The notes: generated by a model not told the origin, from the sequence alone. Counted from the first letter of the stretch, positions 17,006 to 26,395 are shown. The stretch: 31,384 nt of DNA from Patescibacteria group bacterium (GCA_018817995.1 JAHISW010000046.1:1-31384); one strand, 5' to 3'. Program-made: numbers and translations.

Positions 17006-17658
17006 TCTTTTATTTTTTTGTGATCCCCAGAAAGAAGGACCCTCGGAACTCGATATTTTTTATCTTTATATTTGATAACTTCTGGTCTTGTATACACAGA
17101 ATAAGACCCTTTTATTTCTTCAAGAGAATCCTTACTGCCCAAAACGCCAGGAATGTGTCTAGCCACAGCGTCCGCAATCGTCATTGCGGGCAACTCTCCG
17201 CCAGTTAAAATATACGGGCCGATCGATAACTCTTGAACCATGAATCCTAAATTACGAATTATGGATTTTAAACGTTCATCTATGCCTTCGTATCGTCCGC
17301 ATATTAATAAAATATCATTGCAATTTTTTGCCAAATTGCGAGCTGTGGCTTGTGTGAACTGTTTCCCGCTTGCAGAGAGTAAAATTATTTTTGTCTTCTT
17401 AATTCTTAATTCATTATTCTTAATTCTTTTCAGGGCCAATTGCACTGCCCTTATAATCGGCTCCGCTTTCATCACCATACCCGCCCCACCACCAAAAGGA
17501 CGGTCATCCACTGTCTTGTGTTTGTTTTTTGAAAAATCGCGTATGTTATGAATTTTTATTCTAATTAAATTCTCTTTTTGGGCACGCTTCAAAACAGACA
17601 CGCCAAAATAACTCTCAAGCACCTCTGGAAAAATTGTAAAAATATGAAAAACCATCAT
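16987..17658 (-). CDS. trmD: tRNA (guanine-N1)-methyltransferase
   Basis: TIFPE, VDDRPFGGGAGMVMK, CGRYEGIDER, SIGPYILTGGELPA, YTRP and VP.VLLSGDH. Confidence 0.96.
   Translation of the reverse strand: MMVFHIFTIFPEVLESYFGVSVLKRAQKENLIRIKIHNIRDFSKNKHKTVDDRPFGGGAGMVMKAEPIIRAVQLALKRIKNNELRIKKTKIILLSASGKQFTQATARNLAKNCNDILLICGRYEGIDERLKSIIRNLGFMVQELSIGPYILTGGELPAMTIADAVARHIPGVLGSKDSLEEIKGSYSVYTRPEVIKYKDKKYRVPRVLLSGDHKKIKEWRKII
17236..17263. repeat. Degenerate 7-bp tandem tract in trmD
   Basis: AACCATG AATCCTA AATTACG AATTATG, encoding IIRNLGFMV. Confidence 0.55.
17401..17428. repeat. 7-bp tandem tract in trmD
   Basis: AATTCTT AATTCAT TATTCTT AATTCTT, encoding RIKNNELRI. Confidence 0.8.
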
Positions 17659-17675
17659 GTCCCTAATTATAACAC

Positions 17676-17711
17676 AAAAAATCGCCCCGTTGTACGTCGG
17701 GACGACTTTTT
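17676..17711 (-). terminator. Intrinsic terminator after khpA
   Basis: Minus-strand hairpin AAAAAGTCGTCCCG...CGGGGCGATTTTTT, with G-U pairs and a U-tail. Confidence 0.7.
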
Positions 17712-17732
17712 GTCATAAATTCTTAAATGAAA

Positions 17733-18071
17733 TTAGAGTTTAAGGTCTTCGACAACATCATCTACACTTTCACTCACACTACCTGTGCTAACTCTAGGCG
17801 CAGATACCCTACTACTCCCAGCTGGCTCCTCAATCTTCAAATTAACACGAGCTTGATTCTTCAAACCAACAACTCTAAGAAGGTTTCGGATAGCTTTAGC
17901 CGTGTTGCCATTTCGGCCGATGATTTTACCCATGTCCACTTGGTCAAGCTTTAAACTTAGCAAGACACCCATTTCATCAACCTTGCGTTCTACCTTAACA
18001 GCTTCGGGAACATCAACTAATGCCTTAACGACATATTCAAGAAATTCCTCGTCTTTAAACTTTCCTGCCAT
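17733..18071 (-). CDS. khpA: KH-domain RNA-binding protein
   Basis: DMGKIIGRNGNTAKAIR (GxxG loop) in the conserved rpsP-khpA-trmD order. Confidence 0.88.
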   Translation of the reverse strand: MAGKFKDEEFLEYVVKALVDVPEAVKVERKVDEMGVLLSLKLDQVDMGKIIGRNGNTAKAIRNLLRVVGLKNQARVNLKIEEPAGSSRVSAPRVSTGSVSESVDDVVEDLKL

Positions 18072-18153
18072 GTTGTATTATCTGTTAAACTGGTAATTCC
18101 CACTTTATTCGACCTTCTACTATACGTACACTATGCCTAGATTAAAGAAAAAG

Positions 18154-18459
18154 TCAAGGCTTCTTCTCTTCGGGTCGTTCTTCTTTTTTCTTGACGCTAG
18201 AAACATTTATCTTCTTTCCTTTTGTTATACCCTCGCTAACAAACAAGTTGTGAACAACATCAGAAACTTGCGCGCCTTTTGAAATCCAAAACTTTATACG
18301 ATCATCCTTCAGCGCCAAACTTGTTTTGATGCGCGGGTTATAAAAACCAAGATTTTCCAAATAAACCCCGCTTCTGGGAGCTCTCCTCGAATCAGTTACT
18401 ACAACCCTAAAACTTGGGTCATGTTTCCTGCCAATGCGGGTTAATCTTATCTTTAACAT
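18154..18459 (-). CDS. rpsP: 30S ribosomal protein S16
   Basis: MLKIRLTRIGRKHDPSFRVVV...LGFYNP...WISKGAQVS. Start moved from 18501 to ATG 18459. Confidence 0.96.
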   Translation of the reverse strand: MLKIRLTRIGRKHDPSFRVVVTDSRRAPRSGVYLENLGFYNPRIKTSLALKDDRIKFWISKGAQVSDVVHNLFVSEGITKGKKINVSSVKKKEERPEEKKP

Positions 18460-18503
18460 ATTGTGCTCTATTATATCAATAAAACAAAAACGGTCAACCA
18501 TTT

Positions 18504-20489
18504 TTACACATCCAAATTTTGCACCGACTTAGCATGGGTCTGGATGAATTGTTTCCGAGGAGCGACTTCTTTGCCCATCAAAATATCAAATGTCCGATCG
18601 GCGTCTTCGGCATCTTCAATGGCTACCTTTTTCAAAACACGTTTAGCCGGATCCATGGTTGTTTCCCACAATTGCATTGGGTTCATTTCGCCAAGACCTT
18701 TGTACCTTTGTATCCTAACCCCGCTCCCCGCAAATTGCGCAACAATTTTATCTTTTGCCTCTTCATCATATGCATAAAGAATCGTTTTCCCAGATTGAAC
18801 TTTGTAAAGAGGAGGTTGAGCTATATAGAGATACCCGCCCTCAATAATTTGTTTGAAATACCTATAAAACAAAGTGAGCAGGAGCGTGCGGATATGTGAA
18901 CCATCAACATCCGCGTCTGTCGCTATAATAATGCGATGATATCTTAATTTAGAAATATCAAAATCATCGGCAATGGCAGTCCCCATAGCAATAATAAGCG
19001 CTTTTACTTCTTTTGAAGAAAGCATTTTGTCAAAACGAGCCCTCTCAACATTCATAATCTTGCCTTTTAATGGAAGTATAGCCTGAAACCTTCTGTCCCT
19101 TCCTTGTTTACAACTACCGCCAGCGCTATCTCCCTCGACAATAAACAGCTCCGATTCTTCAGCATTTTTTGTCTGGCAATCGGCCAATTTACCCGGCAAT
19201 GTTAAGCCATCCAAAACGCCCTTTCGTAAAACGCTCTCTTTAGCCGCCTTAGCCGCCTTCCTTGCCCTAAGAGCCAAGAAAACCTTTTCAATAATATCCT
19301 TAGCATCACGAGGGTTTTCTTCAAGAAAGTATGAAAAAGCTTCTGAAAATACGCTTTCCGTAACAGTACGGGCCTCGGGATTTCCCAGTTTTGCCTTTGT
19401 TTGTCCCTCAAACTGAGGTTCTTTTAACTTGATAGAAATGATTGCTGTCAAACCCTCGCGGACATCATCTCCCGTAAAATTATCATTGGCATCTTTTATA
19501 ATTCCCCCTTTTTTGGCATATTCATTAAGAGTTCTGGTGAGAGCTGTTCTAAAACCGGTCACATGCATCCCGCCTTCAGGTGTGTAAATATTGTTGGCAA
19601 AACTCATTTCTCTTGCCTGAAGGTCGTCAACATATTGAAGACCAACCTCAACAAGCATATTGTGTCCTTCCACCTCTTTTGCAATATAAAAAATCTTTGA
19701 ATGCACAACATTCATATCCCTATTCAAATAAGAAACATATGAATGAACACCTCCTTCAAAGTAAAAAGAATATGATTTGTGCAAAACGACATCCTCTCCC
19801 CTCTCGTCGCGAATACTAATTCTTATCCCCCTAACCAAATACGCTTGCTGTCTAAGGTGTTTCAAAATATGATTCCAATCAAAAGATGGAAGAATTTTAG
19901 ATTTGACACCTTCGTCGGAAACAGATCCAAATATTTCGTCGTCCGGCTCAAACATAACAGAAGTTCCGGTTTTTTCACATTTGCCAACTTTTTTTGTTTT
20001 ATAAACGGGCTTACCCCTCTTATATTCCTGCGCCCACAGCGCTCCGTCCCTACAAACTTCAACCTTAAGATTCTTTGACAAAGCGTTCACCACAGAAACG
20101 CCAACACCATGGAGTCCTCCCGAAATTTTATATGAATCACCCCCAAACTTCCCGCCAGCGTGAAGTGTCGTCATAACCGTTTCAAGAGCAGACTTTTTCG
20201 TTTGCTTGTGGATATCAACGGGTATGCCTCTCCCGTTGTCGGTAACTTTTACATTATGATTCGGCAAAAAAACGATATCTATCTTGTCGGCATAACCCGC
20301 CATTGCCTCGTCAATGGAATTGTCAACAACTTCCCAAACCAAATGATGAAGACCATCTACTCCGGTTGACCCAACATACATACCCGGCCTTTTTCTAACA
20401 GGTTCAAGCCCTTCTAGGACATAAATATCCTTAGCGTCGTAATTGCTGCTCTGCTTGCTTGTTTTATTTATTTTTTTCTCACTTCCCAT
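18504..20489 (-). CDS. gyrB: DNA gyrase subunit B
   Basis: LEGLEPVRKRPGMYVG, EVVDNSIDE, DNGRGIP, GGLHGVGVSVVNALS, VEGDSAGG, TDADVDG and QRYKGLGEMN. Confidence 0.96.
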   Translation of the reverse strand: MGSEKKINKTSKQSSNYDAKDIYVLEGLEPVRKRPGMYVGSTGVDGLHHLVWEVVDNSIDEAMAGYADKIDIVFLPNHNVKVTDNGRGIPVDIHKQTKKSALETVMTTLHAGGKFGGDSYKISGGLHGVGVSVVNALSKNLKVEVCRDGALWAQEYKRGKPVYKTKKVGKCEKTGTSVMFEPDDEIFGSVSDEGVKSKILPSFDWNHILKHLRQQAYLVRGIRISIRDERGEDVVLHKSYSFYFEGGVHSYVSYLNRDMNVVHSKIFYIAKEVEGHNMLVEVGLQYVDDLQAREMSFANNIYTPEGGMHVTGFRTALTRTLNEYAKKGGIIKDANDNFTGDDVREGLTAIISIKLKEPQFEGQTKAKLGNPEARTVTESVFSEAFSYFLEENPRDAKDIIEKVFLALRARKAAKAAKESVLRKGVLDGLTLPGKLADCQTKNAEESELFIVEGDSAGGSCKQGRDRRFQAILPLKGKIMNVERARFDKMLSSKEVKALIIAMGTAIADDFDISKLRYHRIIIATDADVDGSHIRTLLLTLFYRYFKQIIEGGYLYIAQPPLYKVQSGKTILYAYDEEAKDKIVAQFAGSGVRIQRYKGLGEMNPMQLWETTMDPAKRVLKKVAIEDAEDADRTFDILMGKEVAPRKQFIQTHAKSVQNLDV

Positions 20490-22393
20490 TGTATATTTTC
20501 GTCTAACGCCTTAATAATTTTATCCATAATATCTCCGACCTCTTTGTCTGTTAAAGTTTTATCAAAACTTTGGAATATCAAGCGAAAGGCCAAGCTTTTT
20601 CTGCCCCCGTCCGGTGGCGCGTACTCATCAAATAAATCAGTGTCAACAAGAAGTTCCCCTCCTGTATTTTCTATTATATCCACCACATCAACAATTTGCG
20701 TACCCTCCGGAACAAAAAGAGAAACATCTCTTATTATGGCAGGATACTTGGAAAACGGTTTATATTCAATATCCCCCTCGCCAAAACCCACCACTTCCGG
20801 CATCTCAATGTTTTCCTTTGTAAGTTCTACGATTCTTTCCAAATCAACTTCAAAAACATTCCTGCGTACGCACCCATCAAACTCCCCTATTTCCGCTATG
20901 CCCAATTTATTCAAAAATTCTTCGATTGCGCCTTTTATTTCTTGCAAAATTTCTTCTCCTGTTCTTTTTCTATTAGCAATAATAATTGCGACATGAGTTT
21001 TCTCGCCCAAATTGTTATCAAAAACTTTTCCTATCTCAAAAAACTTTATTTCATCAAGCTTGGGATTTTTTAATAAATTCTCCGCAACTTTATCTACTAA
21101 CCCAGTTTTTAAATTCATTCTCAAAAATTCTTTGTCTCTAGATATCGGATTTTCCAATTCAACCTTCCCTATTTTTGAAAAAGAATAATTGTAAACCTCC
21201 GAAAAACCCATGTCTACTAAAATACCCTTCATAAAATTCGAAAAGAAATATTCCTCATTTCTCTCGGAAGTGGTTAGCGATTCTTCCGGCATCTTGGATT
21301 TTATATTTTCATATCCGTAAATTCTGGCCACTTCCTCTATAACATCCTCTTTTATTTTGATATCCGTTCTCTCCCTTGGCGCAAACACGGAGAATCTTTC
21401 TTTTTCCCGGTCAACCTTAAAGCCAAGATTTATCAAAATCTTTTTTATGTCAGAGCTTTTTATTTTTTCTCCCAGCAATTTTAAAACATCATCTTCCGTA
21501 AAAAAAATCCGAGAGAAGATAGGTTTGTTAGGGCAAAAATCAACATTCGTCGCCGCCACATCCCCTTTCGCAATCTCGCTCAACAGTTGCGCCGTTCTCT
21601 CAATCGCAATTTCCGGCAGGATAAGAGAAATTCCGTGTTCAAACCGGAAAGAAGCATCCGTCTGAATACCGATTTCGCGCGAAGTTTGGCGTATATCGGC
21701 AGGATTAAATATGGCAGCCTCAATGACAAGAGCTTCGGTCCCCTCGTTTATTCCGGATTTTTTGCCTCCTTTTATTCCGGCAACCGCCATGGGTTCTTTC
21801 TCGTCGGCGATGACAAGCATGTTTGGAGACAGAGCAACATGCTGCCCGCTCAATGTCTCCATCTTTTCTCCGCTTTCGGCTTTTCTCACAACAATTTTTC
21901 CTCCGCTTATTTTTTTCAGGTCAAAAGCATGCAGAGGCTGTCCGGTTTCAAGCATAACGTAATTGGTTATATCCACAACATTGTTTATTGATTTTTGTCC
22001 GACAGAGACCAGCCTTTCTTTAAGCCAGTCGGGAGAGGGACCTATTTTCGGATTTTTTACAAGCAAGGCGATGTAACGAAAACAACTATCCGGATTTTCC
22101 ACCTCAACACTCACATAATCTTCCGTGCGCAATTTTGGGTTTTTTTCAAATTTTGGAATTTCAAAACTTAAATTTTCTCCGAAGAAAACAGCGCATTCTT
22201 TTGCCATACCAAAATGAGACGAGCAGTCGGAAACTCTATTGGGAAGAACATCAATACTTAAAAGATAGTCATCCCCAACTTTTTCAGGCTTGTCTGTTTC
22301 AAAACTGCGCGTCGTCAAAAGATCAGCCAGTTCATCTGGCTTGGGAAGGGGTTCTTTAAAATAGGATTGTAACCAATTATATGAAAACTTCAT
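20468..22393 (-). CDS. pheT: Phenylalanine-tRNA ligase beta subunit (short form, no B2 OB-fold)
   Basis: MKFSYNWL, PNR.D, NNVVDITNYVMLETGQPLHAFD, RFEHG, DVIEEVARIYGY and a C-terminal anticodon-binding domain (RDVSL...KSLAF...TLTD). 641 aa. Confidence 0.94.
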   Translation of the reverse strand: MKFSYNWLQSYFKEPLPKPDELADLLTTRSFETDKPEKVGDDYLLSIDVLPNRVSDCSSHFGMAKECAVFFGENLSFEIPKFEKNPKLRTEDYVSVEVENPDSCFRYIALLVKNPKIGPSPDWLKERLVSVGQKSINNVVDITNYVMLETGQPLHAFDLKKISGGKIVVRKAESGEKMETLSGQHVALSPNMLVIADEKEPMAVAGIKGGKKSGINEGTEALVIEAAIFNPADIRQTSREIGIQTDASFRFEHGISLILPEIAIERTAQLLSEIAKGDVAATNVDFCPNKPIFSRIFFTEDDVLKLLGEKIKSSDIKKILINLGFKVDREKERFSVFAPRERTDIKIKEDVIEEVARIYGYENIKSKMPEESLTTSERNEEYFFSNFMKGILVDMGFSEVYNYSFSKIGKVELENPISRDKEFLRMNLKTGLVDKVAENLLKNPKLDEIKFFEIGKVFDNNLGEKTHVAIIIANRKRTGEEILQEIKGAIEEFLNKLGIAEIGEFDGCVRRNVFEVDLERIVELTKENIEMPEVVGFGEGDIEYKPFSKYPAIIRDVSLFVPEGTQIVDVVDIIENTGGELLVDTDLFDEYAPPDGGRKSLAFRLIFQSFDKTLTDKEVGDIMDKIIKALDENIQWEVRKK

Positions 22394-22394
22394 C

Positions 22395-23075
22395 TTAAAA
22401 TTGCCTTAAAAACCTCATATCACTTCCATAAAATAATCTTATGTCGTCAATTTTGTACTTAAGCATCGCCACCCTGTCTATCCCCACACCAAAAGCAAAC
22501 CCCTGCCATTCATTTGGGTCAATTTTTACATTTTTCAGAACTTGAGGATGAACCATGCCCGCCCCCGCTATCTCCAGCCATTTGCCTTTCAATTTCATAT
22601 CAACCTCAATCCCCGGTTCAACAAAAGGAAAGTAACTTGGACGAAATCTGATTTCAATTTTGTCATCGGAGAAAAGTTTTTTTAAAAACATTTCTAAAAC
22701 ACCCTTTAAGTTGGACATATTAATGTCCTTGCCAATCATCAAGCACTCCATCTGATTAAACTGAATTTCATGCGTGCTGTCCGTTGCTTCATAGCGATAG
22801 CATCTTCCCGGGACAACAATTTGAAAGGGCGGATTGTTTTTCTCCATATACCTAATCTGCATCGGGCTTGTGTGTGTCCGAAGAAGATTTCCATTTTTAA
22901 GCCAGAATGTGTCCCACATATCTCTTGCCGGATGGTTTTTGGGAATATTTAAGGCATCAAAATTATAATATTCCGTTTCGACATCGAGCCCCAAAACAAC
23001 CTCAAAACCCATTGACTGGAAGATGTCAGTCATCTGTTTGGTAACCCGAGTTAAGGGATGTAAATGCCCCTTCAT
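22395..23075 (-). CDS. pheS: Phenylalanine-tRNA ligase alpha subunit (N-terminally short)
   Basis: [40 protein letters not shown] and [10 protein letters not shown]. Start placed at ATG 23075 (TATAAT 9 nt upstream); the ORF-track extension to 23171 looks non-coding. Confidence 0.93.
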   Translation of the reverse strand: MKGHLHPLTRVTKQMTDIFQSMGFEVVLGLDVETEYYNFDALNIPKNHPARDMWDTFWLKNGNLLRTHTSPMQIRYMEKNNPPFQIVVPGRCYRYEATDSTHEIQFNQMECLMIGKDINMSNLKGVLEMFLKKLFSDDKIEIRFRPSYFPFVEPGIEVDMKLKGKWLEIAGAGMVHPQVLKNVKIDPNEWQGFAFGVGIDRVAMLKYKIDDIRLFYGSDMRFLRQF

Positions 23076-23198
23076 AATACACAAATTATAGCTCAAAACA
23101 CTGCAGAAAACAAGTGGATTTTTGACAAAAAAAGACAAAATGATAACATCTAAACAAGGACGGAAACGCACATTAAAAACAAAAAAGGGGGCGCCACA

Positions 23199-23786
23199 AT
23201 GATAAAAAAAACACTAAAAAGAGGCGCGGCGCTCTTTCTGGCCGGCGCTATTGATGGCTCTTTGGGAGTGTTGCTCGTTTTTGCTTTTTCCAAAATATTT
23301 CACCACCCTGTTTCGTTTTGGATTTATTTGGCAGGAATAATTCTTGCGCTAATTCCAGATATAGATTTATTCATACAAAAAATATTTGAAAAAAGATGTG
23401 ATGGAAATCATAGAAAATATCTCCATTATCCTCTCTTTATTTTTCCTCTATTTTTTTTCTTGTCTTTTTTTTCTCTTTTTTGGGCATACCTCGTATGTTT
23501 ATGCCTAATAACGCATTTTATTCATGACAGTGGAGGAAATGAAGAAAATAGATGGGGAATAAAATGGCTTTGGCCTTTTTCTGATAATTATTATCAATTT
23601 TTTGGTAAAAAAAGAAGGAAATTTTCTGTTATACTTGAATGGACTCCAAGAGAAATAGAAAAAAGAGTATCAGAAAACTGGGACTCCTGGTTAAGTAAAA
23701 ATTATTTAAAATTTCCAGCAGAATCATTTGTTGGTATTCTGTTGGGCATTTTCGCTTTAATTATTGTTTTCTGGCGGGGGGGCTAA
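23199..23786 (+). CDS. Inner-membrane metal-dependent hydrolase (YdjM-like)
   Basis: ALIPDID, HRKYLH, THFIHD and GIKWLWPF motif pattern with hydrophobic helices. Confidence 0.72.
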   Translation: MIKKTLKRGAALFLAGAIDGSLGVLLVFAFSKIFHHPVSFWIYLAGIILALIPDIDLFIQKIFEKRCDGNHRKYLHYPLFIFPLFFFLSFFSLFWAYLVCLCLITHFIHDSGGNEENRWGIKWLWPFSDNYYQFFGKKRRKFSVILEWTPREIEKRVSENWDSWLSKNYLKFPAESFVGILLGIFALIIVFWRGG

Positions 23787-23813
23787 ATAAAAGTTGAGGG
23801 AATAAAAAAAAAT

Positions 23814-23852
23814 AAAAACGCATCGTTGTTTCGTCACAGCAATGCGTTTTTT
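23814..23852. terminator. Bidirectional intrinsic terminator between the hydrolase gene and the tRNA
   Basis: AAAAACGCATCGTTG / CAGCAATGCGTTTTT stem with A/T runs on both sides. Confidence 0.7.
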
Positions 23853-23858
23853 ATACCG

Positions 23859-23897
23859 CCCACTCCACCAAAATCAAGGGGGTTTTGATGGAGTGGG
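23859..23897. repeat. Long intergenic hairpin (17-bp stem)
   Basis: CCCACTCCACCAAAATC-AAGGG-GGTTTTGATGGAGTGGG, with one mismatch and one wobble. No U-tail in the tRNA direction. Confidence 0.65.
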
Positions 23898-23949
23898 GCA
23901 AAAAATGGCTTAACGAGCAATAGACAAAAAAGGGCAAAATTCCGTAATG

Positions 23950-24020
23950 TGCGAGTAGGGGTAATCGAAACCCCGTCTGTTGCTTGGGAAGCAACTGTTC
24001 TGCCACTAAACTATACTCGC
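23950..24020 (-). tRNA. tRNA-Gly (anticodon CCC)
   Basis: GCGAGTA/TACTCGC acceptor stem, GTTT/GAAC D-stem, GTTGC-TTCCCAA-GCAAC anticodon arm and GGGGT-TTCGATT-ACCCC T-arm. CCA is not encoded. Confidence 0.93.
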
Positions 24021-24024
24021 TTAT

Positions 24025-24408
24025 TTAAAACTTTATTAAATCCCAGATTTTTTGGAAAAAACCTTCTTCTTGTTTTTTGCTTTCCTCTTCTGAAATTTCT
24101 TCTTCTTTGTCAACAAAAATAATAAATTTTTCCCCGGGTTTTTTTATCTGAAATTTTTTTTTCAGCTCCGCCTCAATTCCGACATCTGTCTTTAATCTGT
24201 TTATATTCGCCCCCATTATGTCTCCTCTTTTTTGTAAATCTTGCAATTCGTTTTCTGTCGCTTCATTTTTCAAAAGAGCTTCCCTGCTTTTTTTATAAAT
24301 ATCAAAAACAGAAAAACTGACAAATACAAGCGCGCATAAAAACAAAACAAAAACGGAACGAGAAAAAAATATTTTTCTAAAAAGACGCCTTTGCTCAAAC
24401 TCTTTCAT
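24025..24408 (-). CDS. Septum formation initiator-like protein (FtsB/DivIC family)
   Basis: Single transmembrane helix, then a coiled coil, then LKTDVGIEAELKKKFQIKKPGEKFIIFV. Confidence 0.7.
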   Translation of the reverse strand: MKEFEQRRLFRKIFFSRSVFVLFLCALVFVSFSVFDIYKKSREALLKNEATENELQDLQKRGDIMGANINRLKTDVGIEAELKKKFQIKKPGEKFIIFVDKEEEISEEESKKQEEGFFQKIWDLIKF

Positions 24409-24412
24409 GGAC

Positions 24413-24421
24413 TATAATATA
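24413..24421. promoter_or_regulatory. Overlapping divergent -10-like hexamers in a 16-bp intergenic gap
   Basis: TATAAT (+, 24413-24418) is 6 nt before ATG 24425. TATATT (-, 24416-24421) is 7 nt before ATG 24408. Confidence 0.5.
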
Positions 24422-24424
24422 ATT

Positions 24425-24532
24425 ATGCTTTTGTCTAAAAAAGGAAAGAAACTTAACCGATTTATTTGGATTACTATTAGTATCGTGGCGGTCATCAGTA
24501 TGGTAGGGTACCTCGTCATACCGCTGTTTTAA
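24425..24532 (+). CDS. Small single-pass membrane protein (35 aa, not in the ORF track)
   Basis: MLLSKKGKKLNRFIWITISIVAVISMVGYLVIPLF: a basic N-terminus plus one transmembrane helix. It fills the gap exactly between two annotated genes. Confidence 0.65.
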   Translation: MLLSKKGKKLNRFIWITISIVAVISMVGYLVIPLF

Positions 24533-24534
24533 AT

Positions 24535-25500
24535 TTAAACCAAATTCGGCGGTGTGCCCCCCTCCAAAGCAACTATTATATTGTCGGCAGTCATTTCCGA
24601 CATCTTAGATCTTGTTTCTTCTGTGGCGGAAGCAATATGCGGAGTTAAGATCACATTATCTAAACCAACCAAACCTTCGGCAAGTTCAGGTTCTTCTTCA
24701 AAGACATCCAAGGCAGCCCCTTTTATAACACCATCCCTCAGGGCGGAAACCAGGAACTTTTCGTCGACAACAGGACCCCTTGAAGTGTTCACCAAATAAG
24801 CAGATTTTTTCATCATTTTTAATCTGTCCGCATTCATCAAATGCTTGGTTGAATCAATAAGAGGAACGTGCAGAGAAACTATGTCGGACTCTTTTAAAAC
24901 ATCTTCCATATTTTCTTTGTAGGTAGCGCCTATTTCTTTCTCAAAATCCTCATTCCTTTTTACATCGTAATACAACACATTCATATTAAATCCGTTTTTT
25001 GCGTGATGCGCCACTTGCGAACCAATCCTACCCAATCCGATAATTCCCAATGTTTTTCCGGAAATGTTGGAACCTAACAAAAGTTTGGGAGCCCACCCTT
25101 TATATTTTCCTTCTCTTGTAAACTTATCCGCCTCCGCAATTCTGTGGGCTATGGCTAAAATCAAAGCAAACGCATATTCTGCCACAGTTTCGGTCAAAAC
25201 GCCCGGTGTGTTGGTAATCATTATTCCTTTCTCCTTAGCTGTGTCCACGTCAATATTATTATAACCAACAGCATAATTGGCAAAAATTTTTGCTTGTGGC
25301 GCCGCTTCAAAAACTTCTTTGTCAATTTGGTCTGTTAAAAGACACAAAACAGCATCGTAGGGTTTTGCGCTAAGAGCAGAAATTAATTCTTCTTTTGTTA
25401 AAACTTTATCGTCAGGGTTTATGTCAACTTCATACCCTTTTTCTTTTAATTTATTGATTCCTGCATCGGGAATATTTCTCGTAATATATATCTTTGACAT
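24535..25500 (-). CDS. D-isomer-specific 2-hydroxyacid dehydrogenase (D-glycerate dehydrogenase/glyoxylate reductase type)
   Basis: YAVGYNNID, TNTPGVL, GIIGLGRIG, VNTSRGPVVDE, GAALDVFEEEP and TPHIASA. Confidence 0.93.
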   Translation of the reverse strand: MSKIYITRNIPDAGINKLKEKGYEVDINPDDKVLTKEELISALSAKPYDAVLCLLTDQIDKEVFEAAPQAKIFANYAVGYNNIDVDTAKEKGIMITNTPGVLTETVAEYAFALILAIAHRIAEADKFTREGKYKGWAPKLLLGSNISGKTLGIIGLGRIGSQVAHHAKNGFNMNVLYYDVKRNEDFEKEIGATYKENMEDVLKESDIVSLHVPLIDSTKHLMNADRLKMMKKSAYLVNTSRGPVVDEKFLVSALRDGVIKGAALDVFEEEPELAEGLVGLDNVILTPHIASATEETRSKMSEMTADNIIVALEGGTPPNLV

Positions 25501-25506
25501 ATAATT

Positions 25507-26370
25507 TTATATTTTATTAACACTTCCAAATAGTCTTAGTTTCTCTAAAACAACCTTTTGTACCGCCTCAATGACTGGCGGAAAAATTTTATAAGGCGTT
25601 TTTTGTTCCGGATTATCTTCAAGCGACCTGCGAAGAGCATCGGTGTAAGCGACTCTTATATCCGTATTCACATGAATATTGGCAATACCCGCCCCTATGG
25701 CTTTTTTCATGTCCTCTTCGGAAATGCCAGAACCACCGTGCAAAACAAGCGACACATTCCCCGGCAAAATTTTTCTTATCTCTTTAATTCTTTCAATATC
25801 TATCTTGGGCTCGTTTACAGCAATCCCGTGTATATTGCCATAAGCGCCAGAGAATCTATCTATTCCTGTTTTTTCAACAAATTCAGCCGCCTCTTCCGGC
25901 TTTGTTAAATCCTCCTCCTTAATTTCAATGACTTCTTTTTGCACCTCGGACTTTCCGCGAAGATAGCCCAGCTCTCCTTCCACGGAAACATCGGAATTTT
26001 TTGACTTAACATAATCAACAACTTCTTTTGTTCCTTTTATGTTTTCCTCCAGGGATAGTTTAGAAAGGTCTATGTGAACAGAATTAAAACCGGCATCAAA
26101 AGCTTCTTTTGCCGATTCAACCGAATAGGAATGATCGGGGTTCAAAAAAATAGGGGTGCTATATTCCTCCTCAAAAACTTTCACCATTTCCACCGCCTGC
26201 TTCAGACCGAAAAAATTTCTTTCTCCCTCGGAAAGGCCAATCATAATAGGTGTCTTTAATTCTTCTGCGGCAGAAACAATGGCTCTCAATTGTTCCATGT
26301 TTGAGACATTAAAATGCCCCGTAGACCAATAATTTTGTGTAGCGTCTTGAAGAATGGTATTTAAATTCAT
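25507..26370 (-). CDS. fba: Class II fructose-bisphosphate aldolase
   Basis: HFNVSNME, LNPDH, VEGELG, YGNIHG and LVLHGGSG. Confidence 0.88.
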   Translation of the reverse strand: MNLNTILQDATQNYWSTGHFNVSNMEQLRAIVSAAEELKTPIMIGLSEGERNFFGLKQAVEMVKVFEEEYSTPIFLNPDHSYSVESAKEAFDAGFNSVHIDLSKLSLEENIKGTKEVVDYVKSKNSDVSVEGELGYLRGKSEVQKEVIEIKEEDLTKPEEAAEFVEKTGIDRFSGAYGNIHGIAVNEPKIDIERIKEIRKILPGNVSLVLHGGSGISEEDMKKAIGAGIANIHVNTDIRVAYTDALRRSLEDNPEQKTPYKIFPPVIEAVQKVVLEKLRLFGSVNKI

Positions 26371-26395
26371 ATTATTTTAGTTTAAATCAACTAGC

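Noticed and set aside
19890-19935. Extra residues in GyrB (GSVSDEGVKSKILPS) as a decayed palindrome or heptamer insertion
   Set aside because: No convincing stem or periodicity remains, so it cannot be supported without an alignment.
20601-20620. GC-rich APPDGG segment in pheT as another CCGCC/GGCGG element
   Set aside because: The arms are poorly complementary and no length gain is apparent.
23076-23171. Upstream extension of pheS as the missing tRNA-binding arm
   Set aside because: It is hydrophobic, AT-rich, promoter-like sequence containing the -10 box. It is too short and not coiled-coil-like.
23950-24020. tRNA as the attachment site of a genomic island or prophage
   Set aside because: No integrase, phage genes or duplicated tRNA 3' end are seen in the window.
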